DNA from: a bacterium
Lineage (GTDB): Bacteria > SZUA-182 > DTGQ01
Direction: 5' to 3'
Assembly: GCA_040752695.1 (NCBI GenBank)
Contig: JBFMGO010000016.1
Span: forward strand, 6,637-64,097
Length of the DNA stretch: 57,461 nucleotides
Position 1 is the stretch's first letter, and each line of letters opens with the position of its first letter. This document shows positions 21,154 to 31,100 of this stretch, one piece after another. The notes below the pieces were generated by a model. That model was not told where the DNA came from, made no database searches, and saw nothing but the letters and a program-made list of their open reading frames with translations. The translations under genes were made by a program, and so were the position numbers.

Positions 21154-22884
21154 ATGGAAATCAAGATTGCCAAGACTGCCGGTTTTTGCACAGGTGTCCA
21201 GCGGGCGATGAATATCCTTTTGGATACTGCCCGTCGCGGGGACCCTCCGATCTATACCTTTGGGCCGCTTATTCATAACCCCCAGGTAATCGCTCTGCTT
21301 GAGAGGCGGGGAATCACTGCCCTGTCCAACCCGGACTCGGTACCCGTCGGCACCCTGGTCATTCGTGCCCACGGCATCCCCCCAAAGACCAGAAAGCTGT
21401 TGAAAACAAAAGGATTCAAGCTCTGCGATGCCACCTGCCCCCATGTGGCTCAGGTGCAGTCCATAGTCAAATCCCACAGCCGCAAGGGGTATCATATTGT
21501 TATCATTGGTGACAAGGGCCATGCCGAAGTGGCGGGCATTCTGGGATTTGCCAAAAGAAGCGGGACAGTCATCAGCAGCCTGTCCGAAGTCGATGCACTG
21601 CCCGACATGGATCAACTCTGTGTGGTAGCCCAAACCACCCAGAGCATCGATGATTTTCAAGCTATCACGGAAAAAATCCGTGACCGGTTTCCTCAGGCAC
21701 AAATTTTCCATACTATTTGCTCTTCCACCCATGAGCGGCAGGAAGAGGCAATCAAGATAGCCCGTCAGGTAGAGGCCATGGTGATCGTGGGAGGGAAAAA
21801 CAGCGCCAATACGGTCCGGCTGGCCAGTATGATCGCAGCTCTGCCCAAACCCACTTTTCATATTGAGGTGCCGAAAGAGTTACCTGCAACCGATCTGGAA
21901 AAGTACGAGCGGATCGGAGTGACTGCCGGAGCATCCACCCCTAACTGGATTATCGATGGTGTCGTAGAGGAGCTCAATTCCATCAAACAGCGAAAGGCGC
22001 GTCTTTTCATGCGCTCAGTCTTGCAGGTTTTTCAGTTTCTGGACCGGAGCGATCTTTTTGTAGCCATCGGTGCTTTCAGCATCAGCTATGCAGCCGGTCT
22101 TCTGCAGGAGCTTACCTTGAATTTTCCGATGCTGCTCATTCCTGCCCTCTATATATTTGCCATGTACCTTTTCAACCATCTGATGGATAAACATGATCTG
22201 GAAGATCATGACCCGGTCAATCTTCGCTGGTTTTCCTCCTATACTGCTTCGCGTATTATCCTGGCTCTTATTTCACTGGCACTGGCCTTCACCCTCTCCA
22301 TCGAACTGGGCTTTTATCCCTTTTTATTCCTCCTCCTGGCCAGTATAGCGGGCATTGTTTACAGCATACCTTTTATTCCCCGCAGGTGGCAGGTTTATAC
22401 GCAGTTTCGGCGGTTAAAGGATATTCCGGCCTCGAAGGACATCTTTCTGGCCGGATCCTGGGCCAGTGTAGCTGTTGGTATCCCTCTTCTCTACGGAGTG
22501 GATTCGTTCGGCATCCATACTGTCGTCAGCTTTATTTTTATCGGCACAATCGTTTTCATTCGTTCCGTGCTTCAGGACATTCGAAACATTCAGGGAGACC
22601 GGATTGTGGGCAGGGAAACGCTGCCCATCATTATCGGCCAGGAGCGGATCAGGCCACTCCTTTTCGCTCTTTCGCTGCCAGCCCTGATCCTTTTGATTAC
22701 AGCCGGTATTTTAAGCTGGACTTCGTCGCTCGCTTATGCTCTTTCCCTCTGTATAGTCTTTATCTGGATCTTTATGTTTCTCTCTCACAGAAACATTGTT
22801 CCGAAGGGAATCGCCTCAAAGCTGATCATTGACAGCAATTTTATTTTAAGCGGTCTTATAGCCATGCTCTGGAAAATCTTTTAG
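21154..22884 (+). CDS. ispH: HMBPP reductase IspH fused to a UbiA-family prenyltransferase domain
   Basis: IspH Cys motifs AGFCTGV, DATCPHV and TICSST plus GVTAGASTP. C-terminal ~290 aa is multi-TM with NHLMDKHD and QDIRNIQGDRIVGRETLP motifs. Confidence 0.93.
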   Translation: MEIKIAKTAGFCTGVQRAMNILLDTARRGDPPIYTFGPLIHNPQVIALLERRGITALSNPDSVPVGTLVIRAHGIPPKTRKLLKTKGFKLCDATCPHVAQVQSIVKSHSRKGYHIVIIGDKGHAEVAGILGFAKRSGTVISSLSEVDALPDMDQLCVVAQTTQSIDDFQAITEKIRDRFPQAQIFHTICSSTHERQEEAIKIARQVEAMVIVGGKNSANTVRLASMIAALPKPTFHIEVPKELPATDLEKYERIGVTAGASTPNWIIDGVVEELNSIKQRKARLFMRSVLQVFQFLDRSDLFVAIGAFSISYAAGLLQELTLNFPMLLIPALYIFAMYLFNHLMDKHDLEDHDPVNLRWFSSYTASRIILALISLALAFTLSIELGFYPFLFLLLASIAGIVYSIPFIPRRWQVYTQFRRLKDIPASKDIFLAGSWASVAVGIPLLYGVDSFGIHTVVSFIFIGTIVFIRSVLQDIRNIQGDRIVGRETLPIIIGQERIRPLLFALSLPALILLITAGILSWTSSLAYALSLCIVFIWIFMFLSHRNIVPKGIASKLIIDSNFILSGLIAMLWKIF

Positions 22885-22912
22885 CAATTCAAATCGTAAG
22901 GAGTTTACTCTT

Positions 22913-24364
22913 ATGGAGCCACTTTCTGAAATAATCAACGGATTACCTGACTTTTGCGGACAAGAATCAAACGTGGAAAAGGTCATGAGCCAAAGGGGGC
23001 CGGTCATTTCATCACCGGTCAATTTCAGCAGGGTAGAATCGTCATTCGGAATCGCCCTTCACATGCATCAGCCGCTGATTCCAGCAGGCGGACCGAATCT
23101 GCAAACAGCAGCCATTATCGGGAACCTGCAATATATGATGGAAAACCAAAAAATCGGTGATAATCATAATGCTCCTGTTTTTGCCCAGTGTTATGCCAGG
23201 ATGGCTGACTTTATCAAGGAACTGGTCGATGAGGGCCATTATCCCCGGATAATGCTCGATTATTCCGGTAATCTCTTCTACGGGCTTCGCCAGATGGGCA
23301 GGGGTGATATTCTGGAAAAGTTCAAGAAGGTCATGGCACAGGAGTCTTACAGCCGCTGCATCGAGTGGCTCGGAACCATGTGGTCACATGCCGTAGCCTC
23401 TTCTACTCCACCTGCTGACATAAAACTGCACGTTCAGGCCTGGCAGCAGCACTTTGCCTCCATTTTCGGCTGGGATGCCCTGGCCAGGGTGAGAGGCTTT
23501 TCACCCCCGGAGATGCATCTGCCGATCCACCCCGATGTCTGTCATGAATACCTGAAGACACTGAAAGCCTGCGGATTCCGCTGGCTCATGGTGCAGGAGC
23601 ACACGGTCGAAAACAGGGACGGAAGCCGTATCCGCAACCCCCATTTCCCTCATCTTCTGGTTGCCAGAAATTCCCGTGGAGAGGAAGTGTCCATGATTGC
23701 CCTTATCAAGACCAAAGGGTCTGATACCAAGCTGGTAGGGCAGATGCAGCCTTTCTCCGAGGCCAGAGGGCTGAAAAGACAGGAGTTTGGGGGAAAGCCT
23801 GTTCCTCCCTTTGTCCTTCAGATCGGCGATGGTGAAAACGGCGGTGTCATGATGAACGAATTTCCCAGAGACTTTAAGATCGCCTTTCGAAAGATCGGCA
23901 ATGAGGGTACCGTCAGCCTGAACGGCAGCGAATACCTGGAGCTTTTGGAAGCGGAAGGAATCAATCTGGAAAAATCCGCTGCGCCCATTCAACCAATAGG
24001 GCAAAAGAGGATCTGGGACCGGGTCCCGACCCCAAGCCCCGAAGCCGTCAAAAAGGCCATTGTCGATCTTGAGAGAGAGGACCATGGATTTCACCTTGAT
24101 ATGGGCTCCTGGACCAATGACCGGAGCTGGGTTAAGGGGTATGAAGGCGTATTGGGCAGGATGGAGGCTTTGAGCGCCCTGTTCCATGAAAAGATCGATC
24201 ACAATGCGGCGGTTGATAAAAAGAGCCCTACCTACAGGGAGGCACTTTTCTATCTCCTCGTCAGTCAGACCAGTTGCTACCGCTACTGGGGGCAAGGCAT
24301 ATGGACCGACTATGGGCTGGAAATTTGCCGCAGGGGCAGGGAAATCCTCAATCGTGCATTTTAG
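22913..24364 (+). CDS. glycoside hydrolase family 57 protein
   Basis: LHMHQP, GFSPPEM (putative nucleophile Glu), GDGENGG (putative acid/base Asp) and QTSCYRYWG motifs. Confidence 0.85.
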   Translation: MEPLSEIINGLPDFCGQESNVEKVMSQRGPVISSPVNFSRVESSFGIALHMHQPLIPAGGPNLQTAAIIGNLQYMMENQKIGDNHNAPVFAQCYARMADFIKELVDEGHYPRIMLDYSGNLFYGLRQMGRGDILEKFKKVMAQESYSRCIEWLGTMWSHAVASSTPPADIKLHVQAWQQHFASIFGWDALARVRGFSPPEMHLPIHPDVCHEYLKTLKACGFRWLMVQEHTVENRDGSRIRNPHFPHLLVARNSRGEEVSMIALIKTKGSDTKLVGQMQPFSEARGLKRQEFGGKPVPPFVLQIGDGENGGVMMNEFPRDFKIAFRKIGNEGTVSLNGSEYLELLEAEGINLEKSAAPIQPIGQKRIWDRVPTPSPEAVKKAIVDLEREDHGFHLDMGSWTNDRSWVKGYEGVLGRMEALSALFHEKIDHNAAVDKKSPTYREALFYLLVSQTSCYRYWGQGIWTDYGLEICRRGREILNRAF

Positions 24365-24406
24365 GCTGGCTTCGCAAGACAGGGCCATGCATCCGGTCAA
24401 AGAACC

Positions 24407-25783
24407 ATGGGCAGGGTTCCATTCATGAGAAATATCCAAAGGCTGGTTATTCTCTTCTGGCTGATCGCTTTTGTCCCTGGACAAACCGCTCTTGGCGCCG
24501 ATTGTACCAAGGCGGATGAATGGTACCAGAAAGGGCTCAGTCTCAGCGATAACTCTTCCGAGGAGATGAGCTGCTATCAAAAGGCGATCGAGCTTTGCCC
24601 GGAAGATGCTGCCAATGCGCACGAGCGGCTGGGCAATATCTACAAGGCCCGCCGGCAGTGGAATATGGCTATTAAGGAACTGCTGCTTGCCTGCGAGAAA
24701 AGCGGCGGTTCCTCCCCTCACACCAGTCTGGGAGAAGTCTACAGGATGCAGGGTGAGTACGAACTGGCCATCCGGGAGTTTCAGACAGCGCTGGATATCG
24801 ATGCCGGGGACAAGGCCGCCCAGGCCAGCCTGGAATATATCTACCGGATGGTCGGACGCGACGATGCAAAGGAGCAGGAACTCGCGCTGGTCCCGGCCCC
24901 CATCTTCGGGGGGGAACCGGGCCTTGCCCTCCCGAAGGGATGGACGCTGATTAACCTTCAATTACAATCTTCACAGATCAGGCGCGAATGGGTATCTCCG
25001 GTGGAGCGGTCAGTCAATATCTGGAAATTCATCACCGGCATCCGGTATGGCCTGACCAATGACTTTATGGTGGGAATCATCCCTAAGATCCTCTGGAAGA
25101 AAGCGTACATCCACTTGTGGGAAGGCGACAGGGAACAGGAATATGAACCGAGCGCCTACGGGCTGGGAGATACGATCCTCTTACTGAAGTACTGCTTCTG
25201 GTACCGCAAAAAGACCAGTTGGTCAGCATCCTTGAATATCAACGTTCCTACGGGAGATGAAAACAAGACCGTCCTGTACGGCGGAAGGTCATTTTCCATC
25301 CCCTTAGGCTCCGGTAAGTACGAATTCATGCCGGGGATTGCTTTCAGCACCAGCTTCCAGAACTTTGGGCATCTTCATGCCAATCTTCGCTATTTTTTCA
25401 CGCAGGAAAGGGACGATGGACTTGATCCGGGGGATGAAATCAGCTATAATTTCGCATTCGGAAAATATTTCCCCTTAATCGGTGAGCCGTATTTTCTCTC
25501 CATGCCGGTTACCGGGCTGGTTCTTCAGATGGAACTCAACGGCGTCTATCTTGGAGAGAGCACAGGGTACGAAGCCAGAGACGAACAACTGACGGGTGAA
25601 CCCTCACAGGTCAAGACCACTTATCATGGTGGACATACTCTTTCCTGGTCTCCCGGAGTCCAGCTTATATTTTCCGGGAATACGAAACTCGAAATCGGGG
25701 TGCAGATTCCATTCTGGCTCCCTCCCGATCCCTGGATCACCGAACCTGTTTATCAGATCGGGGTGTCGAGACTTTTCTTCTGA
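24407..25783 (+). CDS. signal peptide + TPR repeats + outer-membrane beta-barrel (MetA-pathway/SphA-like transporter)
   Basis: Signal peptide; TPR-like helices (CYQKAIELCP, AHERLGNIY, HTSLGEVY); GLGDTILLLKY and VPTGD...LGSG barrel motifs; C-terminal Phe. Start may be 24425. Confidence 0.8.
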   Translation: MGRVPFMRNIQRLVILFWLIAFVPGQTALGADCTKADEWYQKGLSLSDNSSEEMSCYQKAIELCPEDAANAHERLGNIYKARRQWNMAIKELLLACEKSGGSSPHTSLGEVYRMQGEYELAIREFQTALDIDAGDKAAQASLEYIYRMVGRDDAKEQELALVPAPIFGGEPGLALPKGWTLINLQLQSSQIRREWVSPVERSVNIWKFITGIRYGLTNDFMVGIIPKILWKKAYIHLWEGDREQEYEPSAYGLGDTILLLKYCFWYRKKTSWSASLNINVPTGDENKTVLYGGRSFSIPLGSGKYEFMPGIAFSTSFQNFGHLHANLRYFFTQERDDGLDPGDEISYNFAFGKYFPLIGEPYFLSMPVTGLVLQMELNGVYLGESTGYEARDEQLTGEPSQVKTTYHGGHTLSWSPGVQLIFSGNTKLEIGVQIPFWLPPDPWITEPVYQIGVSRLFF

Positions 25784-25797
25784 TTACAGGTAAAAGA

Positions 25798-27450
25798 ATG
25801 AGGAGGGGTGAAATAATGCGTTCGGATAAACTGAAAAGTATCTTGCCCGTTGTTCCGGCCACTATCTTTATCTGGCTCATGCTTTCCTCCGGTCTTTTGC
25901 TCCCACCCTCCAGTCTTTTGCCCTCACCCGCACTGGCCGAACCTCCTGCCAGCCAGGGAGAGCGGCCCCCGGTTATCGATACAGAAAAGCCCCCCATTCT
26001 TATTCTGGACAACGAACTGTACGACAATGGTGTTTCTGCTGTTCATATCCGGGGAAACCGGGTCTGTATAGAAAGATGCAGGATCTATCGAAACGGGAAT
26101 GCAGGCATTGCCGTGGATAACAGCTCCGAAGCCCGGATTAAAGACAGCCAGATCTACGGCCAGGAAGGTGCGGGAATCACGGTCATGGGTAAGGGTGCGG
26201 CCACGGTGAGCGTCACCGGAAACCAGATTCGACAAAACAAAATGGCAGGAATACAGTTAGGAGGCAAAAACCAGTTGGAGGCGCCTGCTCACGATAGTTT
26301 CAGGCAAAACCCAACCGACAGATATGCCCAAAGAAAGAATAAAGCCAAAACAGGGGAAAAGGCCACAGCAGGGAAAGAGGATCAGCCAAAGACCGAGCCT
26401 TCGGCAGAAGGTGATGCCCAGTTAAAGACCGAATCTCAGGCAGGGGATAAGGCACAAGAAGGAACGGAAGCCCAGGCAGTCGCCGAATCTCAGGGAGAGA
26501 CTCAAGCTCAGGCACAGCCTCAGGCTCAGGCACAGACCGATGATCGGGCAGGCAATAAGACCGAAAGAGAAAACAAGGCCAGGCAACCCATCACCATCAC
26601 CATCGAAATACAGGGCAACCGGATTTACTACAACGGAGAGAGCGGGATCAAATGCCAATCCGAATACCCGCAAAACTCCATTTCCCTTACTGCAGAACGT
26701 AATGCGATCTTTCAGAACCAGAAAGGGGGCGTTTTTTTCGCCGGTGCGGCCAATGTTACCCTGCGGAATAATTCCATCCATGAAAACCGCAAGGCCGGAA
26801 TTTCAGCCAATGAAGATGAAGATCCGCTTCCCCGGGCGGATATCTATCAGAATATCATCCGCCAGAATGAAGAGTCAGGGATCGAGCTTACCGCTGCCCG
26901 CTCAGGTCCTATCGGTGTATGTAATAACCTGATATTCAATAACGGCGGATCAGGGATTCGCTTTGGCCTTGAAGCCATGAGGATTGTCAATAACACCATC
27001 GTTTCAAACGGCAATCTTTCCGAGGGATCGGGCATCGATCAGCAGGAAAAAAGCACTCCCTTTATCGCCAACAATATCCTCGCCTTTAATTTTAAAACCG
27101 GCCTTAATTTGAAAAGGAACAAGGGATGTTCCTATAACCTGCTCTTTGCCAATGGGGGATCAGGCACCTGCTGCGATGATTGCTATTCCTCTTCCAAGTC
27201 GATCGAAAATAAGCAACTGGGCGGCTACAAGCGGAACAGGGGAGACATGATCTGTGATCCGCTTTTCAACAATCCGGACATCTTCGATTTCCGGCTCAAA
27301 AAATGGTCTCCGGCCATTGATGCCGGCATACCTTCCCCTGAGTTCCATGACCTCTTTTTCCCTCCCTCTCAAGGGGGGCAGCCCAATGACCTGGGTGTCA
27401 CGGGAGGTCCTCTGGCTATTTCCTGGGACCCCAACAGCCTGATTCACTGA
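25798..27450 (+). CDS. secreted right-handed parallel beta-helix protein with low-complexity insertion
   Basis: Signal peptide; repeated N.I..N...GI; C-terminal DPLF...SPAIDAG...FPPS.G...ND.G..GGP. Confidence 0.85.
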   Translation: MRRGEIMRSDKLKSILPVVPATIFIWLMLSSGLLLPPSSLLPSPALAEPPASQGERPPVIDTEKPPILILDNELYDNGVSAVHIRGNRVCIERCRIYRNGNAGIAVDNSSEARIKDSQIYGQEGAGITVMGKGAATVSVTGNQIRQNKMAGIQLGGKNQLEAPAHDSFRQNPTDRYAQRKNKAKTGEKATAGKEDQPKTEPSAEGDAQLKTESQAGDKAQEGTEAQAVAESQGETQAQAQPQAQAQTDDRAGNKTERENKARQPITITIEIQGNRIYYNGESGIKCQSEYPQNSISLTAERNAIFQNQKGGVFFAGAANVTLRNNSIHENRKAGISANEDEDPLPRADIYQNIIRQNEESGIELTAARSGPIGVCNNLIFNNGGSGIRFGLEAMRIVNNTIVSNGNLSEGSGIDQQEKSTPFIANNILAFNFKTGLNLKRNKGCSYNLLFANGGSGTCCDDCYSSSKSIENKQLGGYKRNRGDMICDPLFNNPDIFDFRLKKWSPAIDAGIPSPEFHDLFFPPSQGGQPNDLGVTGGPLAISWDPNSLIH

Positions 27451-27454
27451 GGCA

Positions 27455-28003
27455 ATGCGCCGATACCTTAGCCCTAGTGAAGGAGTCAAGGAAGATTGGA
27501 TAGTGGCCAGGGAACTCATTGAGCATGGCCGATCACGGCATGGTTTGTTTTTTGCCCATCTGGCCTTAGAAAAGGTGATCAAGGCCCATATCTGTCGGCA
27601 TACTCAGGAACCTGCTCCTATAGCAGTTTTCGCTTGAATAAGCTACTGCGTCATATTGATATCCTGCCAACGACACGCTGTATGTGTAGTACATCAAATT
27701 GAAAGCCGCTATAAGATCCATAATCTCCTGCGTCTTTTTGAACTGTCAGGGCTCTCCACTACTCAGGATCAGCTTGCGATACTTGCGGAAATGAATGCGT
27801 TTAACATTGTTATATCACCCCTATTTGACAAAGCATATAGGCGGCAGGAAGTGGATTTGTTGTGGCGTACAACAGTTAGAACTGATAACCGCATTGAACC
27901 TATTCCATGTGGTGAGCGGCAGTGGGAGGAAGACGATTCCAATCCTGTTATCGAAATTGCTCGACGTGAAGGTGTGTTTGTAGATGTTCCCAATAGTGAG
28001 TAA
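27455..28003 (+). pseudogene. disrupted HEPN/MNT toxin-antitoxin pair
   Basis: HEPN-like FFAHLALEKVIKA...P|KIHNLLRL is split by a MITE. It then runs in frame into the C-terminal half of a nucleotidyltransferase-like protein (VISPLF...IEPIP...IEIARREG) that lacks GS and DxD. Confidence 0.8.
27619..27713. mobile_element. 91-bp MITE with TA target-site duplication (IS630/Tc1-mariner-type)
   Basis: TA at 27619-20, TAGCAGTTTTCGCTTGA...TCAAATTGAAAGCCGCTA at 27621-27711, TA at 27712-13. Imperfect terminal inverted repeats; excision restores CCT AAG ATC CAT AAT (PKIHN). Confidence 0.85.
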
Positions 28004-28043
28004 TAGAAGAGTTCCATCTTCAAGCCCTGACCCCGGAAACCGA

Positions 28044-28101
28044 AAGCCTGGTTTGGCGGCGGTATGCACCACAGAGTGCCTCCTTGCCCCAAACCAGGCT
28101 T
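28044..28101. terminator. long hairpin between convergent genes (possible terminator or REP-like element)
   Basis: Perfect 13-bp inverted repeat AAGCCTGGTTTGG / CCAAACCAGGCTT with an inner GCAC/GTGC stem; no clear U-tract. Confidence 0.5.
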
Positions 28102-28173
28102 ACATCTTGAGGGTAAAGTGATCCCATCATCTCACTTGCATGGGCTCACTTGCATGGGCTCACTTATTATGGC

Positions 28174-31100
28174 TCATTTGCTTTTGCCTTCGACCTTTTC
28201 CTTGACCAAAGCTGGCAGATCCTGACCGCAATCGGCCGGCAGGTAGTGAAATCCGGTGTCCGGGCCGCCATTGTCCGACTGTAAATCGCATCGCGTGGTA
28301 CCCAAAGCCGGGTCAGGCGCATCTGTTGGGGCGATGCCGATGCCTGCATTCACACAGGGGCTGTCCTGGGATTGCCCGGCTGCGGCCTGGCTCAGAAAGT
28401 ATTTTTCCCATGCCAGACTGCTCTTAGCTGCAAAGAGCGGGTCTTTTGAAAAATCTCCCTCTCCTGCCTGACACCCCTGATAGTCTTTCTTGTTATTCCA
28501 CAGGTTATTGCGGTCGAGCATAAGTTTTACCCCTCCCATGCGTTGAGAATTCTCCCGTATCTGGGAAAGGTCCGCCCCTTCGGCTGCTTCTGAGAGGTCT
28601 TCAGCCCCGGCATAATTCAAAATGCCAATCCCTTTGTTATTGGTAATGATATTATTCTGCACCATGGCTTCATAGGTGGCAGGCCATGGCCAGCCCAGGA
28701 TGATGCCGCCCCCTCTGCGGCTCTCTCCTCCGCCGTTGGAGTCGATGGTATTGTTGGTTATAACCACTCGGGAGAGATTAAAGGAAGTAATCATGATGGC
28801 GTTTTCCTGATTGAGAAAAATCAGGTTATTGTGGATCAGGATATCCTCTGCCTGCGAAGCCTTGACTGTAGCGACAGGGCTGAAAGCGATACCGCGCTCA
28901 TTGTAGTAGATATAATTGCCGACAACCTTCGGGGAGGAAACTTCCCGCATACCGATGCCGATGGAATTTTCAAAGATATGGTTATGTTCGATGCGTGGAG
29001 CGGAGAACCCCCGGCAGCCGATGCCAAAGACTTTATTATGAAATACATAGTTATGATGGACATGGGCGCAGCTTCCCCTGCCGTTGCCGATGCCACCTTT
29101 ATTTCCATAAACGATGTTGCCGAAGACTTCAGCTTTTTCAGTAAGCAGCTTGCGGCCGTGCAGCCCGATGCCGTTATTGGGATTTCCGACAAATTGATTG
29201 TTGCAAATCGTGGGGGCAGAATCCCAGGAGCTCAGACCATGCCCCAGAGGTCCGGCCCCCCCGCCGGTAATCACGAACCCCTCGATCCGTCCGGCCTGCT
29301 CTCCCAGGGAGACAAACTTCACCGTATCCACATTTCCCGGTTTGCTTCCCCCATCGATTACCGGCCATCCGACACCTTTGAGGTTGAGCATCTTCTCGAT
29401 GTAAACGTTCTCCCGGTACGTCCCTGCCTGGACCAGGATCGTATCTCCGGCTTTAGCTGCATCCACTGCGCTCTGAATGGTCGGGTACTGGGCCGGTACG
29501 TGCCGGATCTTGTCTGGCGCCTGGTAGACCGTATTGATCAGAATTTCGTCTGCCGGGCTGTCTATCTGGCCGTCATTCACGATCAGTTGCAGAATGTAGC
29601 AGCCGGGCTGATCCACGGTGAAGGCAGGAGAAACGGCCGTCAGCGCGGAGAGCTGGGCCTTGCTCATGAGCGGCCTGGCCACAAACTGCCATTGATAGGT
29701 GAGGGGATCATGGTCGTCATCGCTGCTCACATCACCGGCCAGTTTGATGGTGTCCCCCACACTGACCGACTCCAGATCCTCACCCGCATAGGCAGTGGGA
29801 GGGTGGTTTTTCAGAACTTCGGCTGCCAGGGTTGTCTCGGCTTTGGCTCCCCAGCGGTCAATGAGTTGGAGGCCGATAGTGTATTTCCCGCTCAGATCCG
29901 CCCGGAAACTGGCCTTTTGGCCATCGGGCCGGGAAATCTTAGCCTTGCTCCCTGAAGGGACGGAGAGAAGGGCCCACTGGTAGGTGAGAGCATCACCGTC
30001 AGGGTCCTGGCTTTTACCGGCATCCATCCGGACGATATCATTGATATAAAGAGGAGAGGATATCTCTGCCTGGGCCAGGGGAGGGTGATTTTCTCCGGTT
30101 CTCTTTTCCGGCACGGTATAAGGCCCGCCATAAGCACCGATATCGTTTCGATCAAGCCCTAGAGAGGGGGGAAAATTTTTATCCGCATAGACAGGGTCTT
30201 TATCCCCCGCATCGATCGCAGGCGAGCCGGGCAAAAGATGGTAATCGTGATTATTCGGGTCTACAAACAGCGGATTGGCAATTACCTGGCCGATTTTCTG
30301 ATAACTCTCTTCATCCTCATACCCTGCGTGCTGACCACGGACACACGGCAGGCAGTTGGGGTCACAGTCTCCGGTCCCGGCATTGGCAAAGAGAAGATTA
30401 TAGCTGTAGCCCCTCTGAGCGGACATGATTCCCGATTCGATATTATAGGCAATGATATTGTTCTTGATGGAAATTTCCTTCGTCTGGTCATCCATGACCA
30501 CCCCTGCCTGTCCATTACCGACGATCGTGTTGTTGATCACGGCAAGGGGTGCGATACAGCCCCGGATGCCAGCCTCCCGGTTTTTATAAACAATGTTGTT
30601 ATATACCTTTCCGGTCGCGTTCTGGCAGTCGATACCGCTGCGGCCATTTTGAAAAACCCGGTTCAGGAAGACCTCCATCTGTACCGCATCCTTGCTCTGC
30701 GAGGAAATACCCGCCTCTTTGTTGCGCTCGATGATGTTGGACTGAATGACCAGGGATGATCCTTTTTCCAGGTGAATTCCGGCCCTGATGTTTTCCGCGA
30801 TATGATTTGAGACCACCGTCAACTGGCTGCTGCCTGCATAGAGTCCGCTCGGCTCATTCTGCCGTAATGTATTGTTCCGAATGATCGCCTTTTGCACTGA
30901 AACGCAATAAATACCGCTGCCGTACTCCTCTTTTTCCGTCTTTACCTGGGTGGCGTTCTGGATGGTAAAACCATCAAGAACCATATTGCTGGCACCCAGG
31001 ACCACCCACCCCTCTTTGCCTTTGCCGTCAATCACGGCAGGGTATTTTTCGATATCCCGCTGGGTGAATTGCTTGTTCCAGCCCCCTTCCAGGGTAATTC

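Noticed and set aside
23501..24961. 486-aa minus-strand ORF, and other long antisense ORFs such as 17377-18492 and 28831-29955
   Set aside because: They are shadows of well-supported genes on the opposite strand and carry no recognisable motifs.
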